Shown: one piece after another, positions 48,797 through 60,980 of the stretch
Position numbering within the stretch: position 1 is the first letter of the stretch
Layout: each line of letters opens with the position of its first letter
Assembly (NCBI GenBank): GCA_902496295.1
Contig: CABVAF010000003.1
Coordinates: 97,859 to 161,858 of the forward strand
Direction of reading: 5' to 3'
DNA from: an uncultured Clostridium sp.
GTDB taxonomy: Bacteria; Bacillota; Clostridia; TANB77; CAG-508
DNA: 64,000 nucleotides
Notes under the pieces: generated by a model
Databases searched by the model: none
What the model was told of the DNA's origin: nothing
Seen by the model: the letters and a program-made list of their open reading frames with translations, nothing else
Program-made: the position numbers and the translations under genes

Positions 48797-49624
48797 ATGG
48801 GAATGAAACATTTTAGAGCTTATACTCCATCAAGAAGACATATGACAGTTTCTACATTTGATGAGATAACAAAGAAAACTCCTGAAAAATCTTTACTTGC
48901 TAAAAAGAAAGAAAAAGCAGGAAGAAACTCATATGGTAGAATTACAGTAAGACATCAAGGTGGAGGAAACAGACAAAAATACAGAATAGTAGATTTTAAA
49001 AGAAATAAAGTTGATATGCCAGCAACAGTAATTGGTATAGAATATGATCCAAACAGAAGTGCAAACATAGCATTAATCCAATATGAAGATGGAGAAAAAG
49101 CTTATATATTAGCACCTGTAGGATTAAAAGATGGAGACAAAGTTGTATCTGGAGATAAAGCAGATATAAAACCAGGAAATTGTATGAGAATAGAAAACAT
49201 ACCAGTAGGTACTATGATTCACAACATAGAGTTTAATCCTGGCCAAGGAGGAAAGGCTGTTAGAGCAGCAGGACAAGAAGCACAACTTATGGCTAAAGAA
49301 GGAAAATATGCTCATGTTAGATTACCTTCTGGAGAAATGAGACTAGTTATGGCTGTATGTAAAGCTACAATAGGAACAGTTGGAAATGCAGACCATGAAA
49401 ATGTAAATATTGGTAAAGCCGGAAGAAAGAGACATATGGGTATCAGACCTACAGTAAGAGGATCTGTAATGAACCCAGTAGATCACCCTCATGGTGGTGG
49501 TGAAGGTAAGTCTCCAGTTGGACATAGTGGACCATTAACACCTTGGGGCAAACCAGCATTAGGATACAAGACAAGAAAGAAAAATAAAAATACAGATAAA
49601 TTTATAGTTAAGAGGAGGAAGTAG
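48797..49624 (+). CDS. rplB: 50S ribosomal protein L2
   Basis: Start moved to the ATG at 48797 (SD AAAGGAG). [12 protein letters not shown] and [12 protein letters not shown] motifs. Confidence 0.96.
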   Translation: MGMKHFRAYTPSRRHMTVSTFDEITKKTPEKSLLAKKKEKAGRNSYGRITVRHQGGGNRQKYRIVDFKRNKVDMPATVIGIEYDPNRSANIALIQYEDGEKAYILAPVGLKDGDKVVSGDKADIKPGNCMRIENIPVGTMIHNIEFNPGQGGKAVRAAGQEAQLMAKEGKYAHVRLPSGEMRLVMAVCKATIGTVGNADHENVNIGKAGRKRHMGIRPTVRGSVMNPVDHPHGGGEGKSPVGHSGPLTPWGKPALGYKTRKKNKNTDKFIVKRRK

Positions 49625-49627
49625 AAT

Positions 49628-49906
49628 ATGTCAAGATCAAGTAAAAAAGCACCTTTCGTTGCACCAGAGTTAATGAAAAGAATCGAAGCAATGAATGAAA
49701 GCGGCAAAAAAGAAGTATTAAAAACATGGTCAAGAGCTTCTACAATCTATCCACAAATGGTAGGTCATACCATAGCTGTACATGATGGTAGAAAACATGT
49801 ACCTGTTTATATAACAGAAGAAATGATAGGACATAAATTAGGAGAGTTTGCACCTACAAGAACATTTAAAGGTCATGCAGGAGACAAAACTACTACTAAT
49901 AAATAA
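49628..49906 (+). CDS. rpsS: 30S ribosomal protein S19
   Basis: [11 protein letters not shown]...[14 protein letters not shown]. Confidence 0.96.
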   Translation: MSRSSKKAPFVAPELMKRIEAMNESGKKEVLKTWSRASTIYPQMVGHTIAVHDGRKHVPVYITEEMIGHKLGEFAPTRTFKGHAGDKTTTNK

Positions 49907-49955
49907 TTAAGTATTAGAGAAATTAGCATAAAAATTATTTAAGGAGGGAATTTAA

Positions 49956-50324
49956 GTGGAAAAGCAAGAAGTTCGTGAGGAAGTAATTCCAAAGGCTGAA
50001 GCAACTCTTAAGTATGCTAGAATATCAAGCAGAAAAGTAAAAATAGTAGCAGATTTAATAAGAGGTAAAAATGTTGATGAAGCTTTAGCAATAGTAAAAT
50101 ATACACCAAAAGCTGCATCTGAGATTATAGAAAAATTATTAAAATCAGCAATAGCAAATGCTGAAAATAACCATAGTATGGCTCATGAAAAATTATATAT
50201 TGACGAAATTTATGCAAACCAAGGGCCTACATTAAAAAGAATTAGACCAGCTGCAAAAGGTTCAGCTGTGAGAATAAGAAAGAGAACAAGTCATATTACA
50301 ATAGTTTTAAAGGAAAGGAGCTAA
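49956..50324 (+). CDS. rplV: 50S ribosomal protein L22
   Basis: GTG start after [26 protein letters not shown] motif. Confidence 0.95.
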   Translation: MEKQEVREEVIPKAEATLKYARISSRKVKIVADLIRGKNVDEALAIVKYTPKAASEIIEKLLKSAIANAENNHSMAHEKLYIDEIYANQGPTLKRIRPAAKGSAVRIRKRTSHITIVLKERS

Positions 50325-50330
50325 AATAAA

Positions 50331-50993
50331 ATGGGACAAAAAGTAAATCCAGAAGGATTAAGAGTAGGCGTTATAAAAGAATGGAGTTCTAAATGGTATG
50401 CAGATTCTAAACATTTTGGAGACTATTTAGTTGAAGATCATAAAATTCGTGAATATATAAAGAAAAAATTATATGTTGCAGGAATTGCTAAAATCGAAAT
50501 AGAAAGAACAGCTAAATTTGTTAAAGTTAATGTTTATACAGCAAAACCAGGTTTAGTAATAGGAAAAGGTGGAAACCTTGCTGAAGTATTAAAGAAAGAA
50601 TTAGAAAAAATGATTAACAAAGAAGTTAATCTAAATATAGTTGAAGTTAAAAATGCAGACTTAGATGCACAATTAGTTGCAGAAAACATTGCCGGACAAT
50701 TAGAGAGAAGAATTTCTTTCAGAAGAGCAATGAAACAATGTATGCAAAAAACAATGAGTTCAGGAGCATTAGGAATTAAAACATCTGTATCAGGAAGATT
50801 AGGTGGAGCAGATATGGCTAGAACTGAATTCTACAAAGAGGGAACAATTCCACTTCAAACTTTAAGAGCAGATATCGACTACGGATTTGCAGAAGCAGAT
50901 ACTACTTATGGAAAGATAGGTGTTAAAGTTTGGATTTATAGAGGAGAAGTTCTTCCATCTAAGAAACAAAAAGTGGAAGGAGGAGACCAATAA
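50331..50993 (+). CDS. rpsC: 30S ribosomal protein S3
   Basis: [14 protein letters not shown]-terminus and KH domain. Confidence 0.96.
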   Translation: MGQKVNPEGLRVGVIKEWSSKWYADSKHFGDYLVEDHKIREYIKKKLYVAGIAKIEIERTAKFVKVNVYTAKPGLVIGKGGNLAEVLKKELEKMINKEVNLNIVEVKNADLDAQLVAENIAGQLERRISFRRAMKQCMQKTMSSGALGIKTSVSGRLGGADMARTEFYKEGTIPLQTLRADIDYGFAEADTTYGKIGVKVWIYRGEVLPSKKQKVEGGDQ

Positions 50994-51442
50994 TGCCAGT
51001 AATGCCAAAAAAGACTAAATATAGAAAACAACAAAAAGGTAGAATAAGAGGTAAAGCAACAAGAGGAAACAGAGTTACAGACGGAGAATATGGTTTACAA
51101 TCATTAGAATTAGGATTAATTACTTCTAATCAAATAGAAGCAGCCCGTGTTGCTATGACTCGTTATATAAAAAGAGGTGGAAAGGTTTGGATTAAAATCT
51201 TCCCAGACAAACCAATAACAACAAAACCTATTGGTACTCGTATGGGTAAAGGTAAAGGTGCTGTTGAATACTGGGTTGCACCAGTAAAACCAGGCAGAGT
51301 TATGTTTGAAATTGCAGGAGTAGCAGAAGATGTTGCAAGAGAAGCTTTAAGACTTGCTGCAAATAAACTATCTGTAAAATGTAAGTTTGTCAAAAGAGAA
51401 ACTGAAGTAGGTGGTGATAATGATGAAGATGAACAAAATTAA
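50993..51442 (+). CDS. rplP: 50S ribosomal protein L16
   Basis: [13 protein letters not shown] motif. Acidic C-terminal tail. Confidence 0.95.
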   Translation: MPVMPKKTKYRKQQKGRIRGKATRGNRVTDGEYGLQSLELGLITSNQIEAARVAMTRYIKRGGKVWIKIFPDKPITTKPIGTRMGKGKGAVEYWVAPVKPGRVMFEIAGVAEDVAREALRLAANKLSVKCKFVKRETEVGGDNDEDEQN

Positions 51443-51620
51443 AGAAATGTCTTCACCAGATTTAGAAAAAGAATTAGGAGAGCTAAAAACAGAGTTATTT
51501 AAACTAAGATTTAGTTTAGCAACACATGGTTTAGATAATCCTATGAAAATCAAAGAAGTGAAAAAAGACATTGCAAGAATAAATACAGAATTAAGACAAA
51601 GAGAATTAGCAAATAAATAA
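51420..51620 (+). CDS. rpmC: 50S ribosomal protein L29
   Basis: [16 protein letters not shown] motif. The exact start is ambiguous (ATGs at 51420, 51423, 51429). Confidence 0.9.
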   Translation: MMKMNKIKEMSSPDLEKELGELKTELFKLRFSLATHGLDNPMKIKEVKKDIARINTELRQRELANK

Positions 51621-51637
51621 AGAAAGGAGATATTCGA

Positions 51638-51901
51638 ATGGAAGAAAGAAATCTTCGTAAAGTAATGATAGGAACTGTTAGCTCAGATAAAATGGATAAG
51701 ACAGTAGTAGTTTCTGTTGAGACAAGAGAAATGAATAAATTATATGGCAAAATTGAAAAAAGAACATACAAGCTAAAAGCTCATGACGAAAACAATGAAT
51801 GCCATATCGGTGATAAAGTAAAAGTAATGGAAACAAGACCTCTATCTAAAGATAAGAGATGGAGAGTAGTTGAAATTGTAGAAAAAGCTGTTATAAAATA
51901 A
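51638..51901 (+). CDS. rpsQ: 30S ribosomal protein S17
   Basis: [14 protein letters not shown]...[14 protein letters not shown]. Confidence 0.95.
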   Translation: MEERNLRKVMIGTVSSDKMDKTVVVSVETREMNKLYGKIEKRTYKLKAHDENNECHIGDKVKVMETRPLSKDKRWRVVEIVEKAVIK

Positions 51902-51921
51902 TTAAAAAGGAGGATAACACA

Positions 51922-52290
51922 ATGGTACAACAACAATCTATATTAAAAGTTGCTGACAACACTGGTGCAAAAGAGATTATGTGCATTAGATGTTTAGGTG
52001 GATCTTACAGAAAATATGCCGGAATTGGTGATATAATAGTTGCATCTGTTAAATCAGCTACACCAGGTGGCGTTGTAAAAAAAGGTGATGTTGTAAAAGC
52101 TGTTGTAGTAAGAACTAAAAAACCAATAAGAAGAGCAGATGGTTCTTATTTAAGATTTGATGAAAATGCAGCAGTTATTATAAAAGACGATAAAACACCA
52201 AGAGGTACACGTATATTTGGACCTGTTGCAAGAGAATTAAGAGATGGAGAATATATGAAAATTCTTTCTCTAGCTCCAGAAGTTCTATAA
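51922..52290 (+). CDS. rplN: 50S ribosomal protein L14
   Basis: [19 protein letters not shown]-terminus. Confidence 0.97.
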   Translation: MVQQQSILKVADNTGAKEIMCIRCLGGSYRKYAGIGDIIVASVKSATPGGVVKKGDVVKAVVVRTKKPIRRADGSYLRFDENAAVIIKDDKTPRGTRIFGPVARELRDGEYMKILSLAPEVL

Positions 52291-52312
52291 TAAAGAAAAA
52301 GAGGTGAAAGCA

Positions 52313-52621
52313 ATGAGAATAAAGAAAGGCGACACTGTTCAAGTTATGTCTGGTAACGATAAAGGAAAAAAAGGAGAAGTATTAGAAATAATACCAAAAA
52401 CAGAGAAATTAATCGTTAAAGGCGTAAATATAAGAAAAAAACATGTTAAACCAAGAAAACAAGGTGAAGAAGGCGGAATTATATCATCAGAGTGCGCTAT
52501 TCATAGTAGCAAAGTAAATGTAGTTTGCCCAAAATGCAATAAACCTGTAAGAGTTGGTTATAAAATAGAAGGAAATGAAAAAGTTCGTGTTTGTAAAAAA
52601 TGTGGAACAAAATTAAAATAA
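52313..52621 (+). CDS. rplX: 50S ribosomal protein L24
   Basis: MRIKKGDTVQVMSGNDKGKKGEVL. The ATG at 52313 is preferred over the track GTG at 52304. Confidence 0.94.
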   Translation: MRIKKGDTVQVMSGNDKGKKGEVLEIIPKTEKLIVKGVNIRKKHVKPRKQGEEGGIISSECAIHSSKVNVVCPKCNKPVRVGYKIEGNEKVRVCKKCGTKLK

Positions 52622-52653
52622 TAAATAATTTAGAAAGGAGATCATTTTAATCA

Positions 52654-53193
52654 ATGGAAGTATTAAGAGATCAATATGAAAAAGAAGTAGTACCAGCATT
52701 AATGAAAAAATTTAATTATAAATCAGTAATGCAAGTGCCAAGACTTGAAAAAGTAGTTATTAATATTGGTTTAGGTGATACAAAGGAAAATCCAAAGTCA
52801 CTTGAAAATGCTGTTAATGATTTAACATTAATAACTGGTCAAAAGCCTGTAATAACAAAGGCTAAGAAAGCTATAGCTGCTTTCAAAATAAGAGAAGGAA
52901 TTAATATGGGATGTAAAGTTACATTAAGAAAAGATAAAATGTACGATTTTACATACAAATTATTTAATGTAGCACTTCCAAGAGTTAGAGATTTTAGAGG
53001 ATTATCTACAGATTCTTTTGATGGAAGAGGAAACTATTCTATGGGTATAAAAGAGCAATTGATTTTCCCTGAAATCGAATATGATAAAGTAGATAAAATT
53101 AGAGGAATGGATATAATTTTTGTTACAACAGCAAAGACAGATGAGGAAGCTAAAGAATTGCTAACTTTATTAGGAATGCCTTTTAAAAATTAA
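52654..53193 (+). CDS. rplE: 50S ribosomal protein L5
   Basis: [14 protein letters not shown]...[18 protein letters not shown]. Confidence 0.96.
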   Translation: MEVLRDQYEKEVVPALMKKFNYKSVMQVPRLEKVVINIGLGDTKENPKSLENAVNDLTLITGQKPVITKAKKAIAAFKIREGINMGCKVTLRKDKMYDFTYKLFNVALPRVRDFRGLSTDSFDGRGNYSMGIKEQLIFPEIEYDKVDKIRGMDIIFVTTAKTDEEAKELLTLLGMPFKN

Positions 53194-53216
53194 TAAAAAT
53201 AAGAAAGGAGAAAAAC

Positions 53217-53402
53217 ATGGCTAAAACATCTTTAAAAGTAAAACAACAAAAAGAGCAAAAATATAAGACAAGAGAATATAATAGATGCAAAATATGTGGA
53301 AGACCACATGCATACATTAGAAAATATGGAATTTGCCGTCTTTGCTTTAGAAAATTAGCTCATAATGGAGAAATACCTGGAGTTAAGAAAGCTAGTTGGT
53401 AA
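53217..53402 (+). CDS. rpsZ: 30S ribosomal protein S14 type Z (zinc-binding)
   Basis: 61 aa. [22 protein letters not shown]. Confidence 0.95.
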   Translation: MAKTSLKVKQQKEQKYKTREYNRCKICGRPHAYIRKYGICRLCFRKLAHNGEIPGVKKASW

Positions 53403-53474
53403 GAATTTAATTAAAAATTAAATTTAAATAACCCCAAGATTAATAATAAATATAAGAAGGAGGGAATAAAATTA

Positions 53475-53873
53475 ATGAATACTACAGATCCAATAGCAGA
53501 TATGCTAACAAGAATAAGAAATGCTAGTAACTCAAAGCATAAAACAGTTGATGTACCTGCTTCAAACATGAAAAAGTCAATTGCAAATATTTTATTTAGA
53601 GAAGGATATATAGATGCTTTTGAAGAAATAGAAGATAAGGGTCAAGGAACAATAAGAATTACATTAAAGTATGATGAAAAAGGTGCAAAAGTTATAGATG
53701 GTTTAAAAAGAATAAGCAAACCAGGATTAAGAGTTTATGCATCTAAAGATGAATTACCAAAAGTATTAAATGGATTAGGAATTGCATTAATCTCTACATC
53801 AAAAGGAATAAAAACAGACAAAGAAGCAAGAGCAGAAGGATTAGGTGGAGAAGTATTAGCATATGTTTGGTAA
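53475..53873 (+). CDS. rpsH: 30S ribosomal protein S8
   Basis: [14 protein letters not shown]-terminus. Confidence 0.96.
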   Translation: MNTTDPIADMLTRIRNASNSKHKTVDVPASNMKKSIANILFREGYIDAFEEIEDKGQGTIRITLKYDEKGAKVIDGLKRISKPGLRVYASKDELPKVLNGLGIALISTSKGIKTDKEARAEGLGGEVLAYVW

Positions 53874-53967
53874 TTTAAATTGTAACATATGTATAATGGT
53901 TAAATAATTTTGAAATTTTTAAAATATCATAATAAATCTTAACAATAATTGGAAAGGAGAAAACAAA

Positions 53968-54507
53968 ATGTCAAGAATAGGAAACAAACCTATTACAATA
54001 CCTGACGGAGTTGAAGTTAGTCTTAATGGTAATCATATTACTGTAAAAGGACCTAAGGGAACATTAGAAAGAGATTTACATAAAAATATGCAAGTTTCTA
54101 TAGAAAATAATGTTATAACAGTAATAAGACCAAATGACAATCCATCAAATAAAAGCTTACATGGATTAACAAGAACTTTAATTAGCAATATGATTAATGG
54201 TGTTGTAAATGAATATAAAAGAGAATTAGAAGTTAATGGTGTTGGTTACAGAGCACAAAAACAAGGAAACAAACTAGTAATGAACCTTGGATATTCTCAT
54301 CCAGTAGAAATGTTACCACCAGAAGGAATTACATTTGATGTACCTGATGCTAACCATATAACTGTAAGAGGAATTGACAAAGAATTAGTTGGTCAAACAG
54401 CTGCTGTAGTTAGAACAAAGAGACCACCTGAAGTATATGGAGGAAAAGGTATTAAATATGCTGAAGAGCGTATTAGACGTAAAGAAGGTAAAGCAGGTAA
54501 AAAATAA
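53968..54507 (+). CDS. rplF: 50S ribosomal protein L6
   Basis: MSRIGNKPITIPDGVEV N-terminus. Confidence 0.96.
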   Translation: MSRIGNKPITIPDGVEVSLNGNHITVKGPKGTLERDLHKNMQVSIENNVITVIRPNDNPSNKSLHGLTRTLISNMINGVVNEYKRELEVNGVGYRAQKQGNKLVMNLGYSHPVEMLPPEGITFDVPDANHITVRGIDKELVGQTAAVVRTKRPPEVYGGKGIKYAEERIRRKEGKAGKK

Positions 54508-54541
54508 TAAGTTTTAAAAAATATAGAAAGGAGCTTAAGTT

Positions 54542-54901
54542 ATGATTACAAAAACAGATAGAAAAGCAGAAAGACAAAGAAGACATATAAGAGTTCGTAG
54601 AAAAATATCTGGAACAGCTGAATGCCCAAGATTATGTGTATATAGAAGCAATAATAATTTATTTGTTCAAGTAATTGATGATGTTGCAGGAAATACATTA
54701 GTTCAAGCCTCAACACTTGACAAAGAAATAAAAGTAAAGCATTCTAACAAAGAAGCTGCAAAAGAAGTTGGAAGCTTAATTGCTAAGAGAGCATTAGAGA
54801 AAAATATTAAATCTGTTGTATTTGACAGAGGCGGATATATTTATCATGGTGTTGTAAAAGAATTAGCAGATGCTGCCAGAGAAGGTGGATTAAATTTCTA
54901 A
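54542..54901 (+). CDS. rplR: 50S ribosomal protein L18
   Basis: [25 protein letters not shown] motif. Confidence 0.96.
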   Translation: MITKTDRKAERQRRHIRVRRKISGTAECPRLCVYRSNNNLFVQVIDDVAGNTLVQASTLDKEIKVKHSNKEAAKEVGSLIAKRALEKNIKSVVFDRGGYIYHGVVKELADAAREGGLNF

Positions 54902-54917
54902 AAAGGAGGGAAAACAA

Positions 54918-55409
54918 GTGCAATCAGAAAACAATTCAGAATTAAAAGAGAAGGTAGTAGCAATAAATAGAGTAGCTAAGGTTGTTAAAGGTGGTAGAAC
55001 TTTTAGATTTAGTGCTGTTGTTGTTGTTGGAGACGAAAATGGACACGTAGGTGTAGGAAACGGAAAAGCAGCAGAAGTTCCAGATGCTATAAAGAAAGCT
55101 ATTCAAGATGCTAAAAAGAATTTAGTAGAAGTTCCAATTGTTGGAACAACAGTTCCTCACGAATACGTAGGAAAATTCGGAAGTGCTAACGTTATGCTAA
55201 AACCAGCAGAAGAAGGTACTGGAGTTATTGCAGGAGGAAGTGTTAGACCTATATTAGAGCTTGCAGGATACAAAGATATAAGAACAAAGGTTATAGGAAC
55301 AAACAATCCAAGAAACGTAGTATATGCAACTTTAGCAGGTTTAAAAAGCATGAGAACTGCAGAACAAATAGCTAAAAAAAGAGGAAAAACAGTTTCAGAA
55401 ATTCTTTAA
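54918..55409 (+). CDS. rpsE: 30S ribosomal protein S5
   Basis: GTG start. [24 protein letters not shown] motif. Confidence 0.96.
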   Translation: MQSENNSELKEKVVAINRVAKVVKGGRTFRFSAVVVVGDENGHVGVGNGKAAEVPDAIKKAIQDAKKNLVEVPIVGTTVPHEYVGKFGSANVMLKPAEEGTGVIAGGSVRPILELAGYKDIRTKVIGTNNPRNVVYATLAGLKSMRTAEQIAKKRGKTVSEIL

Positions 55410-55465
55410 TATAAAATTAATTTAATATATAATTATACAGTAATTTAAAGGAGGTGCTAGGCAAA

Positions 55466-55900
55466 ATGAAATTAGACGAACTAAAACCAGCTCAAAATAA
55501 AGAAGTTAGAAGAAGAGTAGGACGTGGAGTTGGATCTGGACTAGGAAAAACTTCAGGAAAAGGTCATAAAGGACAAAAAGCAAGATCTGGCGGTGGAGTT
55601 AGAATAGGCTTTGAAGGTGGTCAAACACCATTATATAGAAGATTACCAAAAAGAGGATTTAATAATAAATTTGCTAAAAATTATACAGAGGTAACTTTAA
55701 CAATGTTAAATAAAAGCAAAGCTACAGAAGTAACTGCTCAAACTCTACAAGAAGAAGGAATAATAAATAAAATAAACGATGGTATAGTAGTACTTGCTAC
55801 TGGAAATTTAGATAAAAAATTATCAGTAAAAGCTACAAAATTTACTAAAGCTGCAAAAGAAAAAATTGAAGCTTTAGGAGGAAAGGCCGAGGTGATTTAG
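55466..55900 (+). CDS. rplO: 50S ribosomal protein L15
   Basis: [10 protein letters not shown]...[27 protein letters not shown] at 55466 follows AAAGGAGG. Confidence 0.95.
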   Translation: MKLDELKPAQNKEVRRRVGRGVGSGLGKTSGKGHKGQKARSGGGVRIGFEGGQTPLYRRLPKRGFNNKFAKNYTEVTLTMLNKSKATEVTAQTLQEEGIINKINDGIVVLATGNLDKKLSVKATKFTKAAKEKIEALGGKAEVI

Positions 55901-57223
55901 TTGTTTAAAGTAATTATAAATGCTATTAAAACACCAGAAGTCAGAAAAAAAATATTATTTACACTATTATTAATAGTTATATTTAGATTAGGCTGTTATA
56001 TAACAGTTCCAGGAGTAGATACATTTGCATTAAATGATATGATGCAAAGTTCTGGAAATACCCTTACAGGAATGATCGACTTAATTTCTGGAGGAGCCTT
56101 TTCTAGATTATCTATATTTGCAATGTCAATAAGCCCATATATTACAGCTTCAATTGTTATACAATTACTATCATTAGTTATACCTGCTTTAGAAAGATTA
56201 ACTAAAGAAGGTGGAGAAGCTGGAAGAGCTAAAATAAATAAATATACAAAGATATTAACAATAGTTTTAGCTTTAATAGAAGGTTTAGGAATATTCTTAT
56301 CTTATAAATCATCAGGAATATTTATAGGAGACAGTTCATTAACAGGAGTATTGGTAGTCTTATCTTTAATGACAGGTACTGCATTACTTATGTGGCTTGG
56401 AGAGCAAATTACTACAAAGGGAATTGGAAATGGTATTTCAATACTAATCTTTGTAGGTATTGTAGCTGGTCTACCAGGAGCTGTAACTTCAATAATAGGA
56501 TTAATATTTGTTAATGGTGCGTTTAGCACAACAGGATTACTAACAGCTTTAGGAATAGCTATAGGTGCAGTAATTTTAATTGCCGGAGTTGTATTTGTAC
56601 AACAAGCAGAAAGAAGAATTCCTGTACAATACGCTAAAAAAGTAGTTGGAAGAAAAATGGTTGGTGCACAAAATACACATATTCCATTAAAACTTGCTAT
56701 GGCAGGAGTTATGCCAATTATATTTGCATCTGCATTTATGACATTCCCTGCAATGATTATACAAATATTCGTACCAGATATTGCTACACAAACAGGTTTC
56801 TGGTCAGTAATATATCAATTTTCAATTGCAACTTCTTCATCAGCAGTTCCAATTGGATATACAATAGCAAACGCACTAGTTTACTTATTACTAATAGTTG
56901 GATTTACATTCTTCTATTCATATGCAACATTCAATCCAGCAGAAATATCAAGTACGATAAAAAGAAATGGTGGATTTATACCTGGAATTAGAGCAGGTAA
57001 ACCAACAACTGAATATTTATCATCTGTTATGTCTAAACTATTATGGTTTGGTGGATTATTCTTAGCAGTTATTGCAATAATCCCTATGATGGTAAGATTT
57101 TTGCCAATAGATTTAGCATTTGGAGGAACATCAATACTAATCGTAGTAGGTGTTGCATTAGAAATGATACAACAATTAGAATCACAACTTGCAGTAAGAC
57201 ATTATAAAGGATTCTTAGAATAA
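55901..57223 (+). CDS. secY: preprotein translocase subunit SecY
   Basis: TTG start. 10-TM layout. LGEQITTKGIGNGISILIF motif. Confidence 0.96.
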   Translation: MFKVIINAIKTPEVRKKILFTLLLIVIFRLGCYITVPGVDTFALNDMMQSSGNTLTGMIDLISGGAFSRLSIFAMSISPYITASIVIQLLSLVIPALERLTKEGGEAGRAKINKYTKILTIVLALIEGLGIFLSYKSSGIFIGDSSLTGVLVVLSLMTGTALLMWLGEQITTKGIGNGISILIFVGIVAGLPGAVTSIIGLIFVNGAFSTTGLLTALGIAIGAVILIAGVVFVQQAERRIPVQYAKKVVGRKMVGAQNTHIPLKLAMAGVMPIIFASAFMTFPAMIIQIFVPDIATQTGFWSVIYQFSIATSSSAVPIGYTIANALVYLLLIVGFTFFYSYATFNPAEISSTIKRNGGFIPGIRAGKPTTEYLSSVMSKLLWFGGLFLAVIAIIPMMVRFLPIDLAFGGTSILIVVGVALEMIQQLESQLAVRHYKGFLE

Positions 57224-57289
57224 TAATTTAGACGTATTTAACAATACGTCTAAAATTGATTTATAATATAAAATAGGAGAGTAGATATT

Positions 57290-57970
57290 ATGTATATAAT
57301 AATGTTAGGTGCACCTGGAAGTGGTAAAGGTACTTTAGCAAAAGAATTGTCAAAAGAATATAATTTAGTACATATTTCAACTGGAGATATTTTCAGAGAA
57401 AATATAAGAAATGGAACAGAATTAGGAAAAAAAGCAAACGAATATATGTCAAATGGTAGATTAGTACCAGATGACCTTACAATTGACTTAGTAAAAGATA
57501 GATTAAGTCAAGATGATGTTAAAGATGGAGCTATTTTAGATGGTTTTCCAAGAACAACATATCAGGCAGAAGAGTTAGAAAAATATATTAAAAATAATAA
57601 TCCTATAGATACTGTTGCAGTTTTACTAGATATTCCAGATGATGATTTAGTAAAAAGAGTTGTAAATAGAGTTATTTGTTCAAACAAAGAATGTGGAGCT
57701 ATATATAATACAGAATTTAGAAAACCAAAGGTTGAAGGAGTTTGTGACATATGTGGTTCTGAATTAATAAAAAGAGCAGATGATAACGAAGAAACTGTAA
57801 GAGATAGGCTAAAAGTATATCATGCTAATTCTAAAGAAATAATAGAATATTATGATACTGAGGGAGTTTTATTTACATTACACCCAAATATATATTCTGA
57901 AACAGTTTTAGAGGACAATCTGTCTAAAGTTAAGGCTCATTTACAAGATAAAATGGGTTTAAAAATATAA
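57290..57970 (+). CDS. adk: adenylate kinase (zinc-lid type)
   Basis: GAPGSGKGT P-loop. Lid cysteines CSNKEC...CDIC. Confidence 0.96.
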   Translation: MYIIMLGAPGSGKGTLAKELSKEYNLVHISTGDIFRENIRNGTELGKKANEYMSNGRLVPDDLTIDLVKDRLSQDDVKDGAILDGFPRTTYQAEELEKYIKNNNPIDTVAVLLDIPDDDLVKRVVNRVICSNKECGAIYNTEFRKPKVEGVCDICGSELIKRADDNEETVRDRLKVYHANSKEIIEYYDTEGVLFTLHPNIYSETVLEDNLSKVKAHLQDKMGLKI

Positions 57971-58008
57971 AAGCAGCTATTTAATAGTAAAGGAAGAAGA
58001 AAGTTAAG

Positions 58009-58776
58009 ATGATAACAATTAAATCTGAAAAAGAAATTGAATTAATGAGAGAAGCATGCAGAATAGCAAATTTAGCTCAAAAAGCAATCGAGGCAGAAAT
58101 AAAACCAGGAATGACAACTTTGGATTTAGATAGAATAGCAGAAAAAGTAATGAGAGATAATGGGGCTATACCTGCTGAAAAAGGATATCCAAGTGGAATT
58201 AAGGGAGTTATGGACTTTCCTGGTTCTATTTGTGCTTCTGTAAATGATGAGGTAATACATGGTATCCCATCAAAAAGAACAGTTTTGAAAGATGGAGATA
58301 TTGTAAGTGTCGATTTAGTAGCATATAAAAACGGATTTAATGGAGACTGCTGTAGGACATATTTAGTAGGAAATGTGAGTGAAGAAAAAAGAAGACTAGT
58401 AGAAGTAACTAAACAAGCATTTTTTGAAGGAATTAAATATGCAAAAAAAGGTTATCGCTTAGGAGATATTTGCCATGCAATAGGCGAATATGTAGAAAGT
58501 AATGGATATTCAGTTGTAAGAGAATTTCAAGGACATGGCATAGGAAGAGAAATGCATGAAGATCCAGGAATACCAAACTATGGAAAAGCAGGACATGGAG
58601 TTAAGCTAGAACCAGGTATGACTCTAGCAATAGAACCTATGGTAATTATGGGAAAAAGAAATATTTTACAATTAGATGATGGATGGACAATTGTCTCTGA
58701 GGATGGTACGCCAGCAGCACACTATGAAAATACAATTTTAATTACAGAAAAAGAGCCAGAGATATTGACATTATAA
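58009..58776 (+). CDS. map: type I methionine aminopeptidase
   Basis: VIHGIP, DLVAYKNGFNGD, GHGIGREMHE, EPM and ENT metal-ligand contexts. Confidence 0.95.
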   Translation: MITIKSEKEIELMREACRIANLAQKAIEAEIKPGMTTLDLDRIAEKVMRDNGAIPAEKGYPSGIKGVMDFPGSICASVNDEVIHGIPSKRTVLKDGDIVSVDLVAYKNGFNGDCCRTYLVGNVSEEKRRLVEVTKQAFFEGIKYAKKGYRLGDICHAIGEYVESNGYSVVREFQGHGIGREMHEDPGIPNYGKAGHGVKLEPGMTLAIEPMVIMGKRNILQLDDGWTIVSEDGTPAAHYENTILITEKEPEILTL

Positions 58777-58857
58777 TAATTTTAATATATAATATTAATG
58801 TTATTACGTCGAATTGGCAATTTTAACTAAATTCGACATAAAAAATTGGAGGAAAAA

Positions 58858-59076
58858 ATGGCAAAAGAGGATGTTATAGAAGTAGAGGGAACTGTTATAG
58901 AAGCATTACCTAATACAAATTTTAAGGTTGAATTAGAAAATGGCTATGTTGTATTAGCACATATTTCTGGTAAACTTAGAATGAACTATATAAAAATTCT
59001 TCCTGGAGACAAGGTAAAAGTAGAGTTATCTCCATATGACCTTACAAAAGGAAGAATAACATGGAGAGCAAAATAA
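58858..59076 (+). CDS. infA: translation initiation factor IF-1
   Basis: [19 protein letters not shown]...[22 protein letters not shown] at 58858 follows GGAGG. Confidence 0.96.
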   Translation: MAKEDVIEVEGTVIEALPNTNFKVELENGYVVLAHISGKLRMNYIKILPGDKVKVELSPYDLTKGRITWRAK

Positions 59077-59184
59077 AAAAAGTCTCTTCAAATCCTAATT
59101 AAAATTTTTATAAATTTATGTAATGTAAACATTCTACAAATAGAATATAAACATTATTAAAAAATTAAGGAGAGGTGAATAGAA

Positions 59185-59298
59185 ATGAAAGTAAGACCAT
59201 CAGTAAAGCCAATTTGTGACAAATGCAAAGTTATAAAAAGAAAAGGCGTTATAAGAGTAATCTGTGAAAACCCTAAACACAAACAAAGACAGGGCTAA
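59185..59298 (+). CDS. rpmJ: 50S ribosomal protein L36
   Basis: Not in the track (<60 aa). [37 protein letters not shown], with SD AAGGAGAGG upstream. Confidence 0.95.
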   Translation: MKVRPSVKPICDKCKVIKRKGVIRVICENPKHKQRQG

Positions 59299-59486
59299 TT
59301 ATAATTTTTTGATATTAACACTTATATAAAATTAGCGGCTGTTTCTTATATTTGTGTTTAATATATATTTGTCTTAATAAATATTATTGATTGGTTTATA
59401 CCAATGCATTTCACCTTTAATATTTAAAAGACTATCAAAACAAAATAAATAAAAAATAATAAATAAAATATTTGGAGGTGCAATAA

Positions 59487-59852
59487 ATGGCTCGTTTAGC
59501 AGGAATTGATTTACCTAAGGAAAAAAGAGTAGAAATAGGATTAACTTATATTTATGGTATAGGTTTAACTAGTTCACAAAAAATCTTAAAAGAGGCTGGG
59601 GTAAATCCAGATATAAGAGTTAAAGACTTGACAGACGACCAAGTACAAGCAATTAGAAAAGCTATGGAAGGCTATAAAGTTGAGGGAGACTTAAGAAGAG
59701 AAGTAGCTCTTAACATTAAAAGACTTACAGAAATTGGATGCTACAGAGGTTTAAGACATAGAAGAGGACTTCCAGTTAGAGGACAAAGAACAAAAACTAA
59801 TGCTCGTACAAGAAAAGGTCCAAGAAAATTAGTAAGTAAGAGTAAAAAATAG
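59487..59852 (+). CDS. rpsM: 30S ribosomal protein S13
   Basis: [26 protein letters not shown]. Confidence 0.96.
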   Translation: MARLAGIDLPKEKRVEIGLTYIYGIGLTSSQKILKEAGVNPDIRVKDLTDDQVQAIRKAMEGYKVEGDLRREVALNIKRLTEIGCYRGLRHRRGLPVRGQRTKTNARTRKGPRKLVSKSKK

Positions 59853-59870
59853 AGGAGGGAATAGATAGAT

Positions 59871-60272
59871 ATGGCTACAAAAAATGTAACAAAAAGAACA
59901 ACAACTAGAAGAAGAGACAGAAAAAATATCGATAAAGGTATGGCTCATATTCATTCTAGCTTTAATAATACAATAGTTACAATTACTGACGTGCAAGGAA
60001 ATGCTATTTCTTGGGCAAGTGCAGGAGAATTAGGTTTCAAAGGTTCAAGAAAAAGTACACCATTTGCAGCAGGAGAAGCTGCTGAAACAGCAGCAAAAGC
60101 AGCAATGGAACATGGACTAAAATCAGTAGAAGTTTTTGTTAAGGGTCCAGGTTCAGGACGTGAAGCAGCTATAAGAGCTTTACAAACAGCAGGATTGGAA
60201 ATTAGTAGCATTAAAGATGTTACACCAATACCACATAATGGGTGCAGACCACCAAAAAGAAGAAGAGTTTAA
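59871..60272 (+). CDS. rpsK: 30S ribosomal protein S11
   Basis: [18 protein letters not shown]...[13 protein letters not shown]. Confidence 0.96.
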   Translation: MATKNVTKRTTTRRRDRKNIDKGMAHIHSSFNNTIVTITDVQGNAISWASAGELGFKGSRKSTPFAAGEAAETAAKAAMEHGLKSVEVFVKGPGSGREAAIRALQTAGLEISSIKDVTPIPHNGCRPPKRRRV

Positions 60273-60295
60273 TTAAAGGAAGGTGAAAATAAAAA

Positions 60296-60922
60296 ATGGC
60301 AAGATATAAAGACGAACAATGCCGTATTTGCCGTAGAGAGGGTCAAAAATTGTTCTTAAAAGGTTCAAGATGCTACACAGATAAATGCAGTATATCAAGA
60401 AGAAATTATGCTCCTGGACAAAATGGACAAAAAAGAAAAAAATTATCTGAATACGGTACTCAATTAAGAGAAAAACAAAAAACAAAAGCTTTCTATGGAG
60501 TAGGAGAGAAACAATTTAGAAAGTATTTTGAATTAGCTTCTAAAACAAGAGGAAAAACTGGTGAAGTTTTACTTCAATTATTAGAAAGCAGACTAGATAA
60601 TGTTGTATATAGATTAGGATTTGGTTCTTCAAGAGCACAATCTAGAATGTTAGTAACACATGGTGCTTTCGAAGTTAATGGTAAAAAAGTAGATATAGCA
60701 TCTTATTTAGTAAAACCAGGAGATGTTATTGCAGTAAGAGAAATAAGAAAAGATAATGGAACAATTAAAAATAATATAGAAGAAAACGCTTCAAGACCAG
60801 TTCCAGAATGGTTAGAGAAAGATGCCGAAAAATTAAGTGGAAAAGTAGTAAGATTAGCAGCTAGAGAAGATATAGATCTTCCAGTTGAGGAACATTTAAT
60901 AGTAGAGCTTTACTCTAAATAA
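60296..60922 (+). CDS. rpsD: 30S ribosomal protein S4
   Basis: [26 protein letters not shown] zinc-type N-terminus and an S4 domain. Confidence 0.96.
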   Translation: MARYKDEQCRICRREGQKLFLKGSRCYTDKCSISRRNYAPGQNGQKRKKLSEYGTQLREKQKTKAFYGVGEKQFRKYFELASKTRGKTGEVLLQLLESRLDNVVYRLGFGSSRAQSRMLVTHGAFEVNGKKVDIASYLVKPGDVIAVREIRKDNGTIKNNIEENASRPVPEWLEKDAEKLSGKVVRLAAREDIDLPVEEHLIVELYSK

Positions 60923-60980
60923 TAGTATATAAATTTTAGTAAGAGATTTTAAATATCTCTAAAATTATTGGGAGGTAAAA

